Counted from the stretch's first letter, positions 34,458-45,001 are shown. The stretch: 64,000 bases of DNA from Actinomycetota bacterium (GCA_046734455.1 JBKPRJ010000055.1:14151-78150), one strand, 5' to 3'. Translations and numbers: made by a program. Notes: generated by a model not told the origin, from the letters alone.

Positions 34458-35791
34458 ACGTCGACGAAGACCGGTGGGCGCAGGAGCTCGGACTGGCCGC
34501 CGGGGGCCGACTGTTCGTCGCTTCGGCCTGCCATTCCTTCGATGTCTCGCATGCCCGGAAGGAAGAGCGCGCCCAAGGTTGCAACGGTACCGACGGCCGC
34601 TGCGACAACAAGCGTCGTCGGAGCGCCCAAGAGTTCGGCAACCGGCGCGGTCAGCGCGAAGGACAGCGGGAGGAGCCCAATCGAGATCAACCAGTCGAGG
34701 CTCGACACCCGGCCGAGCATCGAGGCCGGTACGTGGCGTTGCTTGATCGTCGCCCACACGATCGTCCCTGCCGTTTCGAGCGCGTTGAACGCGAGACAGG
34801 CGATCATCAGCTGCCACGAGGCGGTCGCGAGCCCGTATCCGGCCACGGCGAGTGTGGCCACGGTCCACGTCCCGTACATCACGGTCACGTCCCTCTGCGG
34901 ATGGCCCCGCTGACCCATGAAAAGCGCCGCACCCACGGCTCCCACGCCGCCGGCCGCAAAGACGAGACCGAGATCCCCGGCGGATGCATGGAGGACGTTC
35001 TTCACGACGTACGGCAACAGCACTTCTGCGGGTCCGAGGAAGGCGAGGTAGGCGATCGCGGCCGACAGCAGCGTCCCCCAGAGCCAGACCCGTCCGGTTA
35101 CGAACCGAAGCCCTTCCTTCATCGCGCGCACCGGTGACTCGGCATGGTCCGAGCGCGGGTGCACGGGCGGCGTCATCGCGAACACGGCCACCGTCGAGGC
35201 GACAAACGAGAGCGCGTCCAGCGCGAACGCCGCGCCCGTCCCGGCGGTGGCGACGAGGACACCGCCGAGTGCCGGCCCGAGCAGGCGCAGGGTGATCGGC
35301 CGCACGAACTGGTCGAGCGAGTTTGCGGCCGGTAGATCCTTGCCGGGCACGACGTCCGGGACGATTGCCTCAAACGCGGGCGTGAAGAACGCCGTTCCGA
35401 TCCCGTATACGGCCACGATGGCCAGGAGGTGCCAGAAGGTGAGGAGATCGGTCAGCGCGAGCAGTGCAAGCACTCCCACGACGAGCGCCCGCCCGATGTC
35501 GGCCCAGAGCATGACCATGCGGCGGTCGAGCCGATCGCTCAGGATCCCTGCCGGCAGGAGGAAGACGAGGGTCGGGACGGTCATCCCGATGCCGAGGATT
35601 GAAAGCGCAGCGGGCGCGTTCCACAGCTCGTAGGCCTGCCATGCCATTGCGACGAGAAAGATGCCGTCCCCGAGCAGCGAGATGGTCATCCCCGCCCAGA
35701 GAAGGCGGAAGTCACGGTGGCGGAGCGGCGAAAAGAGGTTGACGCGGGAGAACCCGCCTGGGCGGTCCAGCGCCTCGTGGCTATGCTGCAC
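34454..35791 (-). CDS. MFS transporter (EntS/MFS_3-like exporter type)
   Basis: 445 aa. FRLLWAGMTISLLGDGIF...LSDRLDRR is a typical MFS N-terminus and loop 2-3 motif. The GTG start overlaps the stop of the GGDEF-EAL gene by 11 nt. Confidence 0.9.
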   Translation of the reverse strand: MQHSHEALDRPGGFSRVNLFSPLRHRDFRLLWAGMTISLLGDGIFLVAMAWQAYELWNAPAALSILGIGMTVPTLVFLLPAGILSDRLDRRMVMLWADIGRALVVGVLALLALTDLLTFWHLLAIVAVYGIGTAFFTPAFEAIVPDVVPGKDLPAANSLDQFVRPITLRLLGPALGGVLVATAGTGAAFALDALSFVASTVAVFAMTPPVHPRSDHAESPVRAMKEGLRFVTGRVWLWGTLLSAAIAYLAFLGPAEVLLPYVVKNVLHASAGDLGLVFAAGGVGAVGAALFMGQRGHPQRDVTVMYGTWTVATLAVAGYGLATASWQLMIACLAFNALETAGTIVWATIKQRHVPASMLGRVSSLDWLISIGLLPLSFALTAPVAELLGAPTTLVVAAAVGTVATLGALFLPGMRDIEGMAGRSDEQSAPGGQSELLRPPVFVDV

Positions 35792-38700
35792 TGCCGGCGA
35801 CCTCGTCGAGCCCGAGATCGAGATACTCGACCAGGTCGTCGCGGCTCATGGGCTTGGCGAACAGGAATCCCTGTCCGAGCTCGCACCCGAGGTCTCGAAG
35901 TGAGCCGATCTGCTCGGGGAACTCGATTCCCTCCGCGACGACCTCGAGATTGAGGCTGTTGCCCATTGCGATGATCGCACCCGCCAGGCCCGAGTCCTCG
36001 TGCTCCTTCGTGAGGAAGGCTCGATCCATCTTGAGGATGTCGACAGGGAACCGGCTCAGATACGAGAGCGAGGAATACCCGGTTCCGAAGTCGTCCATCG
36101 CCAGCATGATCCCCAGCCCCTTCAGCTCGTTCAGCCGCGCGACCGCGAGGTCGGTATCGGCCATCATCACGCTCTCGGTGATCTCCAGGACGAGCGAAGC
36201 GGGCGGCAGGCCGCTCGAAGCGAGTGCGTTCTGCACATCGTCCACGATCGTCTCGGACTGCAGCTGCTTCACCGAAAGGTTGACGCTCACGGTCAGCGGG
36301 GGAACCTTGTCCGAGCGCTCGTGCAAAGCTGCCCCTTGCTTGCAGGCCTGCTCGAGCACCCAACGGCCGATCGGGATGATCAGACCGGTCTCTTCGGCAA
36401 GGGGGATGAAGTTCAGCGGCGGGATCATCCCGCGCTCCGGATGCATCCAGCGAAGGAGGGCCTCGACGCCGTAGTCCGTGCGGGAGGCGAGGTTCACCAC
36501 CGGCTGGTAGTAGACCTCGAGCTGCTCGAACTCGAGCGCCTGCTGGAGCTGTGCCTGCAGCTCCAGACGCTCGACGACTTGCTCGTGCATCGTCGGCTCG
36601 AACACGCGATAGCTCCCCTTGCTGTCACGCTTCGCCATGTACATCGCGACGTCGGCGTTGCGGAGCAGCTCCTCGGCGTCGGGACTTCCGAACTCGTTTC
36701 CGGCCAAGCAGATTCCGACGCTCGCCCGGGGATAGACCTGCTTGGCCCCTACTTCGTAGGGAGCTTCGAGCGAAGCGAGAACACGCGCGGCGACGTCAGC
36801 CGCATCGGCCGAATCGCTGATCCCGTCGAGCAGGATCGCGAATTCATCCCCGCCGAAGCGGGCCACGGTGTCCGGGGGCCGCACGGCGAGCAGCAGCCGA
36901 CGCCCGACCTCTTGGAGGACGGTGTCTCCGGCCGCATGACCGAGGCTGTCGTTGACGGTCTTGAAGTCGTCGAGATCGATGAACATGACCCCGATCGACG
37001 GCCCTCCGCGAAGAGAGCGCATGATCGAGTGCTGGACGCGGTCTGCGAACAGGGCGCGGTTCGCGAGGTTCGTGACGGGGTCGTGGAAGGCCTGGTGAGC
37101 GAGCTGCTCCTCGAACGCCTTGCGCTCGCTGACGTCGCGGCTGTTGAGAACGATCCCGCGCACGTGTTCGTCCTGGAGCAGGTCGGTGTGCTGGACCTCG
37201 AACTGGAGCCAGGTGCCGTCGCGGTGCTTCAGGCTGCACTCGATCACGTGTGTCTCGGCGCCACCGCCGGCGTAGGAGTCTGCGAGACCCGACAGAATCT
37301 GCGTCAGCCGTGGACGGTCCACCGGCGCGAGGATCCGCGCAAACTCGGTCCCCTCCATCTCGTCGGGCCTGTAGCCGAGCACACGCTCCACCGATGGACT
37401 CTGGTACGTGACGGTTCCGTGCGCGTCGAGGACGGTGATGAGGTCGCTGGAGTGGGCGACGAGGGAGCGGAAGCGAGCCTCGTTCTGGCGCCGGTGGAGA
37501 TCCTCGGCGAGGCTGGCGCCCTCGAGCGCGAGGGATACCTGGCTGCTCAGCGACTCGAGCGAGTCGACGAGCTCTCGAGCAATCGGAGTCCCCGCCGAGA
37601 GGAAGAGAACGCCGCGCATCTCCTCGCGGACGGCGAGCGGCAGAAAGAGCGCCACAGCGCTTCCCCTAGCGTGCAGGTCGTCGAGAACCTGTGGTGGCAC
37701 GCTCGCGCTCCAGCGCTGTGTCGGCCCGGACACCGATTCGTGTAGCCAGCTGTTGGTCTCTTTCGACAGCTGCCATTCGTCCTCCGTCTCGGTGGACGCG
37801 GCCACGACGGCGCCATCCGACTGGTAGAGGACGAGCCGCGCGCTCACGTCCTCATCGGCGAGAGTCCGGACGGCGGAGATCGCGGCCCGGTTGACCTGCT
37901 CCCGGCCGGCCGCGGCGACGAGGTCGACTCCCGCGGCTCTCAGCGCGAGCTCGCGAGCGGCGGCGCGCTCCTCCTGTCGGACGAGCCCGGCCATGCGCAT
38001 GACCACGAGGAGAAAGAGGATCGCCGACGCGAGGATCAGGACGAGCAGGTCGGTGTCTCCCCACGCCTGCCAGGCTCGAATGCTCGGCGCGATGAGACAC
38101 GCGCCCGCGAGCAGGAGCAGACGAAGTGACGTGAGACGCGTTCGGTCCTCGAGCGCCGGCTCCTCGAGCGTTCGCATCGAGGGATGCAAGGCCGCCGCCC
38201 CCCAGAGGATGTAGTACACGATCCAACCGAGGTCGTAGCTCAGCTGGTGGTCGTACGCGCCGGTTAGGAGCGCGTAGTTGTACGCCGAGTCGACGGTCAG
38301 GAGAGAGACGATGCTGCCGATCAGCAGATAGAAGGCGGGCGCACGCTTGCCCATGTCGACCGCGAGCCTGATCGCCGCCGCGAGGAGCAGGATGTCGCCG
38401 AGCGGATAGGCAGCGGAGACCGCCTTCTCCAAGGTCGTCAGTCCCGAGAGATGGATGTTCGGAGCGATCAGGAAGACCCACGAGATGAGCGCGATGCCGA
38501 CGGTGAGAATGAGCGAGTCGATGACGCCGGCGCGGTCTCCGCGCGGGTTTCGCCGCCTGACGAGGATGAGCAATCCCGCGATGAGCGCCGGGTAGACCAG
38601 CAGGTACAGGACGTCGCCGAGCGACGGGAACTCGACATCGGCTCCGAAGACCTTCGGATAGCTGTACGTGTAGAGGTCGCCGGCGAAGAAGAGGAACTGG

Positions 38701-38918
38701 CCGACGATGAAGAGGAACCACGCGGCTCGTGCGCGCGGCCGATGGAGGTAGATCCCGACCGCGATGGCGATGGAGGACGAGAGGCCGAGGAGGTTGATCA
38801 GGGGCCCGTTGCCCTTGAGCGGCGGAAACCACATGTAGGCGGCCGTCAACGCCGCACAGACGGCCACGTAGACGATCCAGACGCGCTTGCGCCAGTTCAC
38901 CGACCTCAGGGGCTTCAT
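35781..38918 (-). CDS. Membrane sensor PAS-GGDEF-EAL protein (putative bifunctional diguanylate cyclase/phosphodiesterase)
   Basis: Real start is ATG 38916-38918, in an ATGA overlap with the upstream gene (1045 aa). About 10 TM helices are followed by a PAS domain, GGDEF (ARFGGDEFAIL) and EAL (VEALLRW, DDFGTGYSSLSYL). Confidence 0.92.
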   Translation of the reverse strand: MKPLRSVNWRKRVWIVYVAVCAALTAAYMWFPPLKGNGPLINLLGLSSSIAIAVGIYLHRPRARAAWFLFIVGQFLFFAGDLYTYSYPKVFGADVEFPSLGDVLYLLVYPALIAGLLILVRRRNPRGDRAGVIDSLILTVGIALISWVFLIAPNIHLSGLTTLEKAVSAAYPLGDILLLAAAIRLAVDMGKRAPAFYLLIGSIVSLLTVDSAYNYALLTGAYDHQLSYDLGWIVYYILWGAAALHPSMRTLEEPALEDRTRLTSLRLLLLAGACLIAPSIRAWQAWGDTDLLVLILASAILFLLVVMRMAGLVRQEERAAARELALRAAGVDLVAAAGREQVNRAAISAVRTLADEDVSARLVLYQSDGAVVAASTETEDEWQLSKETNSWLHESVSGPTQRWSASVPPQVLDDLHARGSAVALFLPLAVREEMRGVLFLSAGTPIARELVDSLESLSSQVSLALEGASLAEDLHRRQNEARFRSLVAHSSDLITVLDAHGTVTYQSPSVERVLGYRPDEMEGTEFARILAPVDRPRLTQILSGLADSYAGGGAETHVIECSLKHRDGTWLQFEVQHTDLLQDEHVRGIVLNSRDVSERKAFEEQLAHQAFHDPVTNLANRALFADRVQHSIMRSLRGGPSIGVMFIDLDDFKTVNDSLGHAAGDTVLQEVGRRLLLAVRPPDTVARFGGDEFAILLDGISDSADAADVAARVLASLEAPYEVGAKQVYPRASVGICLAGNEFGSPDAEELLRNADVAMYMAKRDSKGSYRVFEPTMHEQVVERLELQAQLQQALEFEQLEVYYQPVVNLASRTDYGVEALLRWMHPERGMIPPLNFIPLAEETGLIIPIGRWVLEQACKQGAALHERSDKVPPLTVSVNLSVKQLQSETIVDDVQNALASSGLPPASLVLEITESVMMADTDLAVARLNELKGLGIMLAMDDFGTGYSSLSYLSRFPVDILKMDRAFLTKEHEDSGLAGAIIAMGNSLNLEVVAEGIEFPEQIGSLRDLGCELGQGFLFAKPMSRDDLVEYLDLGLDEVAGSAA

Positions 38919-40219
38919 GCCGCGTACTCGTTCGGCTGGGCGGGACGAAGGTCGAACCCCGCGGCGAGCTTGCCGATGACGTCGACGAGTTGCTCGATCT
39001 CCGCCTGTGAATTGGCAGCGGTGACTTGGATCCGAAAGCCGACCTCGCTCTTGGGCACGAGCGGGTACGCAGCCAGCGTGACGTAGATGCCGTTCTCGAA
39101 CAGGAAGCGGCCCGCCGCGTCGATGTCCTCGTGCCGGGCAAGAGGGACTTCGATGATGGGGAAACCGGAGCGATTGGGCGTGTGAATCCCCAGGCGGTCG
39201 AGGCACTCGAGGATCGAGGCCGTCTTTCTCCAAAGGTCGGTTCGAATCTGCTCTCCGCGAGTGTCGTTGACGTCGAACCCAGCGAGCACCGTGGCGAGCG
39301 AAGCCGTGGGCGAGGGACCTGAGTAGAGATACGGAGGCGCCGCGGTCTTCAAGAGCTGCTTCAGCTGCGTCGGACAGGCGATGAACGCTGCGAGCGACGA
39401 GTACGACTTCGAGAAGCCCGACACGAGCACGATGCCGTCGTAGGACTCTCCGTAATGCCGGATGACGCTGTTCCCCCGGACTCCGTATGGGCTCGGCTCG
39501 TCACTCGACCTCTCCCCGATGACACCGAACCCATGGGCATCATCGACATACAGGATCGCGTCGTATCGCCGCGCGACGCGAGCAAACTCACGAATGTCGG
39601 GCGCGTTCCCTGTCATGCTGTTCACGCCGTCCATGCAGACGAGGCGTGTCGTCGACCGGTCATCGCGGAGAAGCTGCTCGAGGTCGTCGGGATCCTCGAA
39701 ACGGAACCGCTTGACGGTCGCGCCGCGGGCCGACGCGAACTGGCAGCCGTCGTAGATGGTCTTGTGTGCCCTGTTGTCCACGAAGATCGTCCCGTCCCCT
39801 GCGAGCACCGGGATCACCGACAGGTGGATCAGCGTGATGGTCGGCAGGACGAGCGCGTCTTCGCATCCCACCAGAGATACGAGACGCCTTTCGATCTCCT
39901 CATAGAGGACTGGACTTCCGAGCATCCGCGACCAGCTGGGATGCGTCCCCCATTTCTCGAGATATGCCGGAACGGCATCGATGATCTCTCGGTCGAGATC
40001 GAGCCCGAGGTAGTTGCAGGACGCGAAGTCGGCGAGCCATTTGTCTCCGATCCTGATCATCCGCCCGTCGATCTCGTCGATGACCGCGTCCGTCATCGGA
40101 TTGGACCGCTCGAGCTCGGCCAGCTCGCTGCAGGCAGCCAGCCAGCGGTCGATCCAACGCGTCGATGCATGGGGGGGCCGGTGGCCGACCGGCCGATAGG
40201 CACTCATGCGCACAAACAT
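38915..40219 (-). CDS. PLP-dependent alpha-oxoamine synthase-family enzyme (BioF/Kbl/SPT/CqsA-like)
   Basis: 434 aa. SCNYLGL, DNRAHKTIYDG, YVDDAHGFGVIG and GFSKSYSS (PLP lysine) are the class I/II aminotransferase-fold AONS pattern. The start may be 40219, 40207 or an internal ATG. Confidence 0.88.
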   Translation of the reverse strand: MFVRMSAYRPVGHRPPHASTRWIDRWLAACSELAELERSNPMTDAVIDEIDGRMIRIGDKWLADFASCNYLGLDLDREIIDAVPAYLEKWGTHPSWSRMLGSPVLYEEIERRLVSLVGCEDALVLPTITLIHLSVIPVLAGDGTIFVDNRAHKTIYDGCQFASARGATVKRFRFEDPDDLEQLLRDDRSTTRLVCMDGVNSMTGNAPDIREFARVARRYDAILYVDDAHGFGVIGERSSDEPSPYGVRGNSVIRHYGESYDGIVLVSGFSKSYSSLAAFIACPTQLKQLLKTAAPPYLYSGPSPTASLATVLAGFDVNDTRGEQIRTDLWRKTASILECLDRLGIHTPNRSGFPIIEVPLARHEDIDAAGRFLFENGIYVTLAAYPLVPKSEVGFRIQVTAANSQAEIEQLVDVIGKLAAGFDLRPAQPNEYAA

Positions 40220-40673
40220 CGTCTTTCGGGATCGCTTCCTTTAGCGCTTCGCCGCTCCGAAAGGACGTTTGTGTGCGAGGCGCTACATCCCCATCGCGTG
40301 GTGAGGAGTGTGCGTTTCGCAGGAATCGCGAGCCGAAGTCGTCACCGACATCACCGCGACAGCACCGGAGCAGCGCCAGACAGCACATCGGAGCACCTCC
40401 GCTTTGGAGGAGGTCAGAAGGTGCACCCCCACGCTGACGGTCCGTCCACAGGCCAAAGCTGGAGCGAGCCGGAACGCTTTACGGAAACGCGGCGGCGCCA
40501 GGGAGGTGCCCTATAACCCGGATTTGTGCGGATGTGGTGACCAGCATTGACTCAAAGCAGGGACTCTGAAAGTCTCGTCGTTGGATCGTTCGCCGCGTCG
40601 CCGTAGTTCGACGGCCTCGACGAAATCTCGCCGCTCGCCGTAATGCGCTGCCCTCAGGCGGCCCTTCGCGTCT

Positions 40674-41210
40674 CTACGCGGCCTTCTCGAAGGGCAACTC
40701 GGGCGTCGCCTGCGCGCCGTGCGCCGTAGCAAGGGCGGGCCCGCGCCGCTCAAGGAGCTGGTAGACGAGACCGATCGTCGTTCCGAGGGCGAGGTGTGCG
40801 ATCCACCACACCCACAGCGGGCTGATCAAACCGGTGGTGAACAGCCTATCCTCGGGCGTGTTGACCGGCAGGAAGACGTACCGCTGCAGCGCCCACAGTC
40901 CGGCGCCGTACGCCGCGCCGAGGACGAGTGCCCCAGGTGGGTTGCGCAGCACCCGCAGCAGCACGACGAAGACGATGGCCACGAAGATCGCGTTCAGCAT
41001 GTGACCGCCGATCCCGAGCACGATCGGCCCGATGTGGTCGACCGGCCGGCCGAAGTGGTTGAGCCCGCCGATGTAGGCCCAGATTCCCATCGGTGCATCC
41101 CAGGCGGTGTGGGAGCTCGAGGCCCAGCCGTAGATCATCTCGACCGCGGCCATCGCCAGGCCAGCGGCCGCGCCGGCGACGACGCCAACGAGGAGAGTGC
41201 GTCTGGTCAT
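40674..41210 (-). CDS. Hypothetical 4-5 TM membrane protein
   Basis: 178-aa hydrophobic protein with high GC3. Confidence 0.7.
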   Translation of the reverse strand: MTRRTLLVGVVAGAAAGLAMAAVEMIYGWASSSHTAWDAPMGIWAYIGGLNHFGRPVDHIGPIVLGIGGHMLNAIFVAIVFVVLLRVLRNPPGALVLGAAYGAGLWALQRYVFLPVNTPEDRLFTTGLISPLWVWWIAHLALGTTIGLVYQLLERRGPALATAHGAQATPELPFEKAA

Positions 41211-41507
41211 CGGTTTCCTCTCTTCCGACGTTGGTTCAAAGAGCCTGTCTCAGGCTGTCCTCGATCGCTGCCCTACCCGGGCACCGTCACGTGCGTTGGT
41301 CAAACCTCACGATCACGAACTTGTTCGCGGCCTCGCGCGGCCTTTGCCAGCGTGGTCGAACGGCAGCGGGCGGCGCCCGGAGAATGGCGGCCGGGACGCT
41401 CGCCGCCCTTGCTCCGGGAGCGCGTTCGGACCGACGCCCCGAGCGTCGGCCCAGCTCACGACGCTCGAGGACGGCGCTCCGGTCGGTGGAGCAAGGAGGG
41501 AGTGGGA

Positions 41508-42590
41508 TTACGCTCGCACGGCCGAGTCCGCTGCTGTTGCCAGCGCGGTGGCTGCGGTGAAGAACTCCTGGGACTGGCCATTGAAAAGCCCGCTAGCAGC
41601 AAGACCCTGGACCGCGCCCAGGGCCGCTCCCACCGTCTCAGTGGGACGGATGATCGAGCAGATCGGGAACTTGCGATCGAGGAAGACCGTCGGCTCGGGC
41701 ATGATCAGGTTGGTCTGCGTCAGCTCGCTGCCGCTGGCGTTGAGATCGGGGAACACCAACCCGTTCGTCGGATCGGTGAGCGGCGGGGCGTTGCCGGCTT
41801 TGTCCTGCCAGGTCTGAAAGTGCATCGTCTCCGTCGGCCCGATGCTGAGAAGGATGCGTAGTACTTCTGGATCGCTGACCCGCTGCGCGAGCGAGGCATA
41901 GAGGCTTGTGCCGCCTTGCTCGATCATGCCGAAGTGGAAGGCGGCCGTGTTGGCAATCGCCTGCAGGTGCTTGCGCGGGCGGAGGTCGGCGTCGGTTCGG
42001 GGGATCGCGGGGAACTTCCCGGCCGCCAGCCCCGGCACCGCCTGCGGCAGGGTGTCGCCAAGGTCGGGGTTCTGCGAGTCGCTTCGGTACCGCGTCCAGT
42101 AGCTCGTGTCGACCGTGAGCTCCATCAGGTTGGTGAGCCGTCCGACCTGCGCTGCGCCGCTGGCCTTGCTGCCCGGGACCGTGCGAAACGGGTCGAGGTT
42201 GATGGGCTGCGCACCGCGCGCCTTCAGGTAGGCGTTGATGAAGTCTGCGTGGCTTTGCTCGTCGTCGGCGTTGTCGTGGATGTACTGGGGCATGTCCTCG
42301 TCGAGTACCGATAGCGCCCGGGTGTACGCGCGATTCCCGCTTCCGCCGCGGATCTCGTCGTCCTGAACTCCGCCGAGCTCGTTGTACTGCTTCCAGAGGT
42401 CGGCTTCGAGTAGCTCCGCCGCAGCGAGGAACTGGAGAATTGCCGCGTCGCCCGCAGGCAGACTCCCGCCCGCGAAGGCGACCGGCGTATCGATCAAGAG
42501 CCGGCCGGCACCGAGGGTCAATGCGCCCGCCGCGGCTCCCTTGACCAGGAAAGCGCGGCGGCTGGTCCGAGACTGAGACAAGTCACTCAC
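41508..42590 (-). CDS. Ferritin-like domain protein with a Tat-type signal
   Basis: 360 aa. The twin-arginine leader is SRRAFLVKGAAAG. Ferritin-like helices follow (AAELLEADLW...DDEQSHADFI...). SD AAGGAGGG precedes the GTG start. Confidence 0.8.
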   Translation of the reverse strand: MSDLSQSRTSRRAFLVKGAAAGALTLGAGRLLIDTPVAFAGGSLPAGDAAILQFLAAAELLEADLWKQYNELGGVQDDEIRGGSGNRAYTRALSVLDEDMPQYIHDNADDEQSHADFINAYLKARGAQPINLDPFRTVPGSKASGAAQVGRLTNLMELTVDTSYWTRYRSDSQNPDLGDTLPQAVPGLAAGKFPAIPRTDADLRPRKHLQAIANTAAFHFGMIEQGGTSLYASLAQRVSDPEVLRILLSIGPTETMHFQTWQDKAGNAPPLTDPTNGLVFPDLNASGSELTQTNLIMPEPTVFLDRKFPICSIIRPTETVGAALGAVQGLAASGLFNGQSQEFFTAATALATAADSAVRA

Positions 42591-42831
42591 TTTTGTGATC
42601 CCTCCTTAGTTCGACGGGGGTCACAAGGCTTGTAGTTCTCGACGGGACCTCACCCGCATACCTCGAGGTGGCCAAGAGACGGCTGCGTGCGCTTCTGCGT
42701 GCGCTCGAAGAGGACGGCGAGCCAGATCGAGCCCTCGCACGGCGCCCACATCGGAAGCAGTTCAACGGCCGCTCGCACCCTTGCCTGACAGCGTGAGCTC
42801 CGCGCGAAGGCACGCGGAGAGAGGCTCGTTG

Positions 42832-43353
42832 CTAGCCGGCGGCGGCTTTCGTCCGCCGCGGAAGGATCCAGTCAGGGCGGACGAAGTGGCAGGTGTAGCC
42901 GTTCGGGTACCGCTCGAGGTAGTCCTGGTGCTCGGGCTCGGCCTCCCAGAACGGCCCGGCCGGCGCCACTTCGGTCAGAACCTTGCCCGGCCAGCGGCCC
43001 GAGATGTCGACGCTGGCGATCGTCTCGTCGGCCACGCGGCGCTGCTCTTCGTCGAGGTAGAAGATCGCCGAGCGATAGCTCGTGCCGATGTCGTTGCCCT
43101 GACGGTTCAGCGTCGTCGGATCGTGGATCTGGAAGAAAAATTCGAGTAGCTCTCGGTAGGAGGTCTGCTCGGGGTCGAAGAGGATCTCGATCGCCTCGGC
43201 GTGCGTGCCGTGGTTGCGATAGGTCGCGTTCGGGACGTCGCCGCCGGCGTATCCCACCCGGGTCGACACGACGCCGGGTCGCTTCCGGAAGAGATCCTGC
43301 ATGCCCCAGAAGCACCCTCCCGCGAGGATCGCTTTCTCGATTTCGGCGCTCAT
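42832..43353 (-). CDS. msrA: Peptide-methionine (S)-S-oxide reductase
   Basis: 173 aa. The active site is GGCFWG and the block GYAGG...YR...HAE is present. ATGA overlap with the upstream gene. Confidence 0.95.
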   Translation of the reverse strand: MSAEIEKAILAGGCFWGMQDLFRKRPGVVSTRVGYAGGDVPNATYRNHGTHAEAIEILFDPEQTSYRELLEFFFQIHDPTTLNRQGNDIGTSYRSAIFYLDEEQRRVADETIASVDISGRWPGKVLTEVAPAGPFWEAEPEHQDYLERYPNGYTCHFVRPDWILPRRTKAAAG

Positions 43354-44312
43354 ATCTTGAGCGTAGCGACTGCAGCTCTCCGGACGGGAACGTCCGGGTG
43401 CCCTGCGCGGATGATCGTCTTCCCCCTGATCCGCTCGGTCGGATTGAAAGCGGCGACGGCGTCGTCGAGGGCCGCGACGGTGCCGATGTTCGTCCGTAGC
43501 CGACCATCCCGGACCCGCTGGACGACCTCACCCAACTGCGCACGATCGGCTTCGACGACGAAATCAACCGCCAGGCCGTCGGCAGGCCGCGTCTCGGGCG
43601 GCCCGGCGATGGTCACCAGCGTCCCGCCGGCTCGAACCAGAGCCGCAGAACGCTTCCCGATGTCTCCGCCGATCACGTCGAAAACCAGATCGACGCCGCC
43701 GACGTCTTCCAGGGAGTCGTTCAGAAGGTCGACGAACTCGTGCGCGCCGAAGTCGAGCGCCGTCTGACGGTCGGCGGCACGTCCGGTGCCGATGACGTAG
43801 GCGCCAGCCTCTTTGGCGAGCTGGGTCACCATCGAGCCGACTCCACCGGCCGCGCCGTGCACGAGGAGGCTCTGCCCCACCTGGACGCGGCCGTGCAGGA
43901 ACAATCCCTGCCACGCGGTCAGGCCCGAGATCGGCAGGCTCGCGCCCACCGTGAAGTCGACGTCGCCCGGCAGCGGCGCGAGGTTACGCGCCTCGACGAC
44001 GACATACTCGGCGAGGGTGCCGTCGCGAGTCCAGTCCGTGAGGCCGAACACCCGCTGTCCCACCGACAGCCCGGTCGTGCCATAGCCGAGCGCGCTGACT
44101 ACTCCGGCGAGCTCGTGCCCAGGGATAGACGGCGTTCGGTCCCGGCCGAGGCGATCGGTCCAGGTCCCGGGCCACGTCAGCTCACCCGGGGTGAATCCCG
44201 ACGCATGAACCTGAACGACGACGTCGTTCTGCGCCGCGTTCGGCTTGGGTTGCTCCACGAGCGTCATCCCGGCCGTTCCCGCGGCCTCGTCTGTCACCAC
44301 AATCGCCTTCAT
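43350..44312 (-). CDS. NADP-dependent MDR-family (quinone-oxidoreductase-like) oxidoreductase
   Basis: 320 aa. GHELAGVV...HGAAGGVGS is a zinc-independent MDR pattern. Confidence 0.92.
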   Translation of the reverse strand: MKAIVVTDEAAGTAGMTLVEQPKPNAAQNDVVVQVHASGFTPGELTWPGTWTDRLGRDRTPSIPGHELAGVVSALGYGTTGLSVGQRVFGLTDWTRDGTLAEYVVVEARNLAPLPGDVDFTVGASLPISGLTAWQGLFLHGRVQVGQSLLVHGAAGGVGSMVTQLAKEAGAYVIGTGRAADRQTALDFGAHEFVDLLNDSLEDVGGVDLVFDVIGGDIGKRSAALVRAGGTLVTIAGPPETRPADGLAVDFVVEADRAQLGEVVQRVRDGRLRTNIGTVAALDDAVAAFNPTERIRGKTIIRAGHPDVPVRRAAVATLKI

Positions 44313-44695
44313 CGGCCACCTTCCTGTATCGAGTTCTCGCCTCTTGGCCGAACAGACTCCGAGAGGCCGGGACGCGGGACGTTTGCGCCTCGCACGAGGC
44401 CGTTCGGGGCGCTCGATGATGCTCTTGCTGACGCTTTTGTCGGATATTGGGCTTCAATGAGAGGGGAGGCGGCGAACGAGTCGTCTGGCCCCCCTGGACC
44501 GAGTAGGTGGCTTTGTCTCGTGTGCACGACGGCGTTGGTGGGGCGGCCGCGAGTGGAGACGGTCAGCGCGAACCGCCAGAGAAGCCCGAGCCCGAGAAGA
44601 GGCGCGAGCAGTAAGGCCACGGCACCGAGGCCGGGCGTGGCGATCGTGCCAAGCACAACGCTGGCGACGAAGAGATACACAATGGTTCGAACCAT
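44309..44695 (-). CDS. Hypothetical small membrane protein
   Basis: 128 aa with two N-terminal TM helices. The stop overlaps the MDR start (ATGA). The C-terminal half has weaker coding character. Confidence 0.45.
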   Translation of the reverse strand: MVRTIVYLFVASVVLGTIATPGLGAVALLLAPLLGLGLLWRFALTVSTRGRPTNAVVHTRQSHLLGPGGPDDSFAASPLIEAQYPTKASARASSSAPNGLVRGANVPRPGLSESVRPRGENSIQEGGR

Positions 44696-45001
44696 GTCTG
44701 CCTTTCGAATCGATTTCGTTCATCGGGGTGCGCGCCGGGAGTCCTGAGCGGTCAGGCGTCGGCTCCCTGCGAAGACTTGGACTCTCCCGCCCGCTCTTCC
44801 TCGGTTGACGTGCAGAGCTAGAGGTAGGCCAACGGTGGCGGCGAGGTGGGAACGGTCGGTCGACCATGGGTACGCGAGAGGGGAAAGGGACGTGTCCAAG
44901 TGCAGGCCGGAAAGGAAGTCGGCGCAAACGTTTGGCCGCGCGGCGTCAACGTCTTTCCCCCGCCATGCACTTACTGCAGCTCGGGCTCATGCTTTTTCGC
45001 T

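Noticed and set aside
42591-42831. Hairpins such as CTCCGCG-N8-CGCGGAG downstream of msrA, and similar short GC stems in other intergenic regions (41211-41507, 47133-47331), considered as terminators or riboswitches
   Set aside because: The stems are short (5-7 bp), lack U tracts and match no riboswitch class I can recall. Such stems occur by chance in high-GC DNA.
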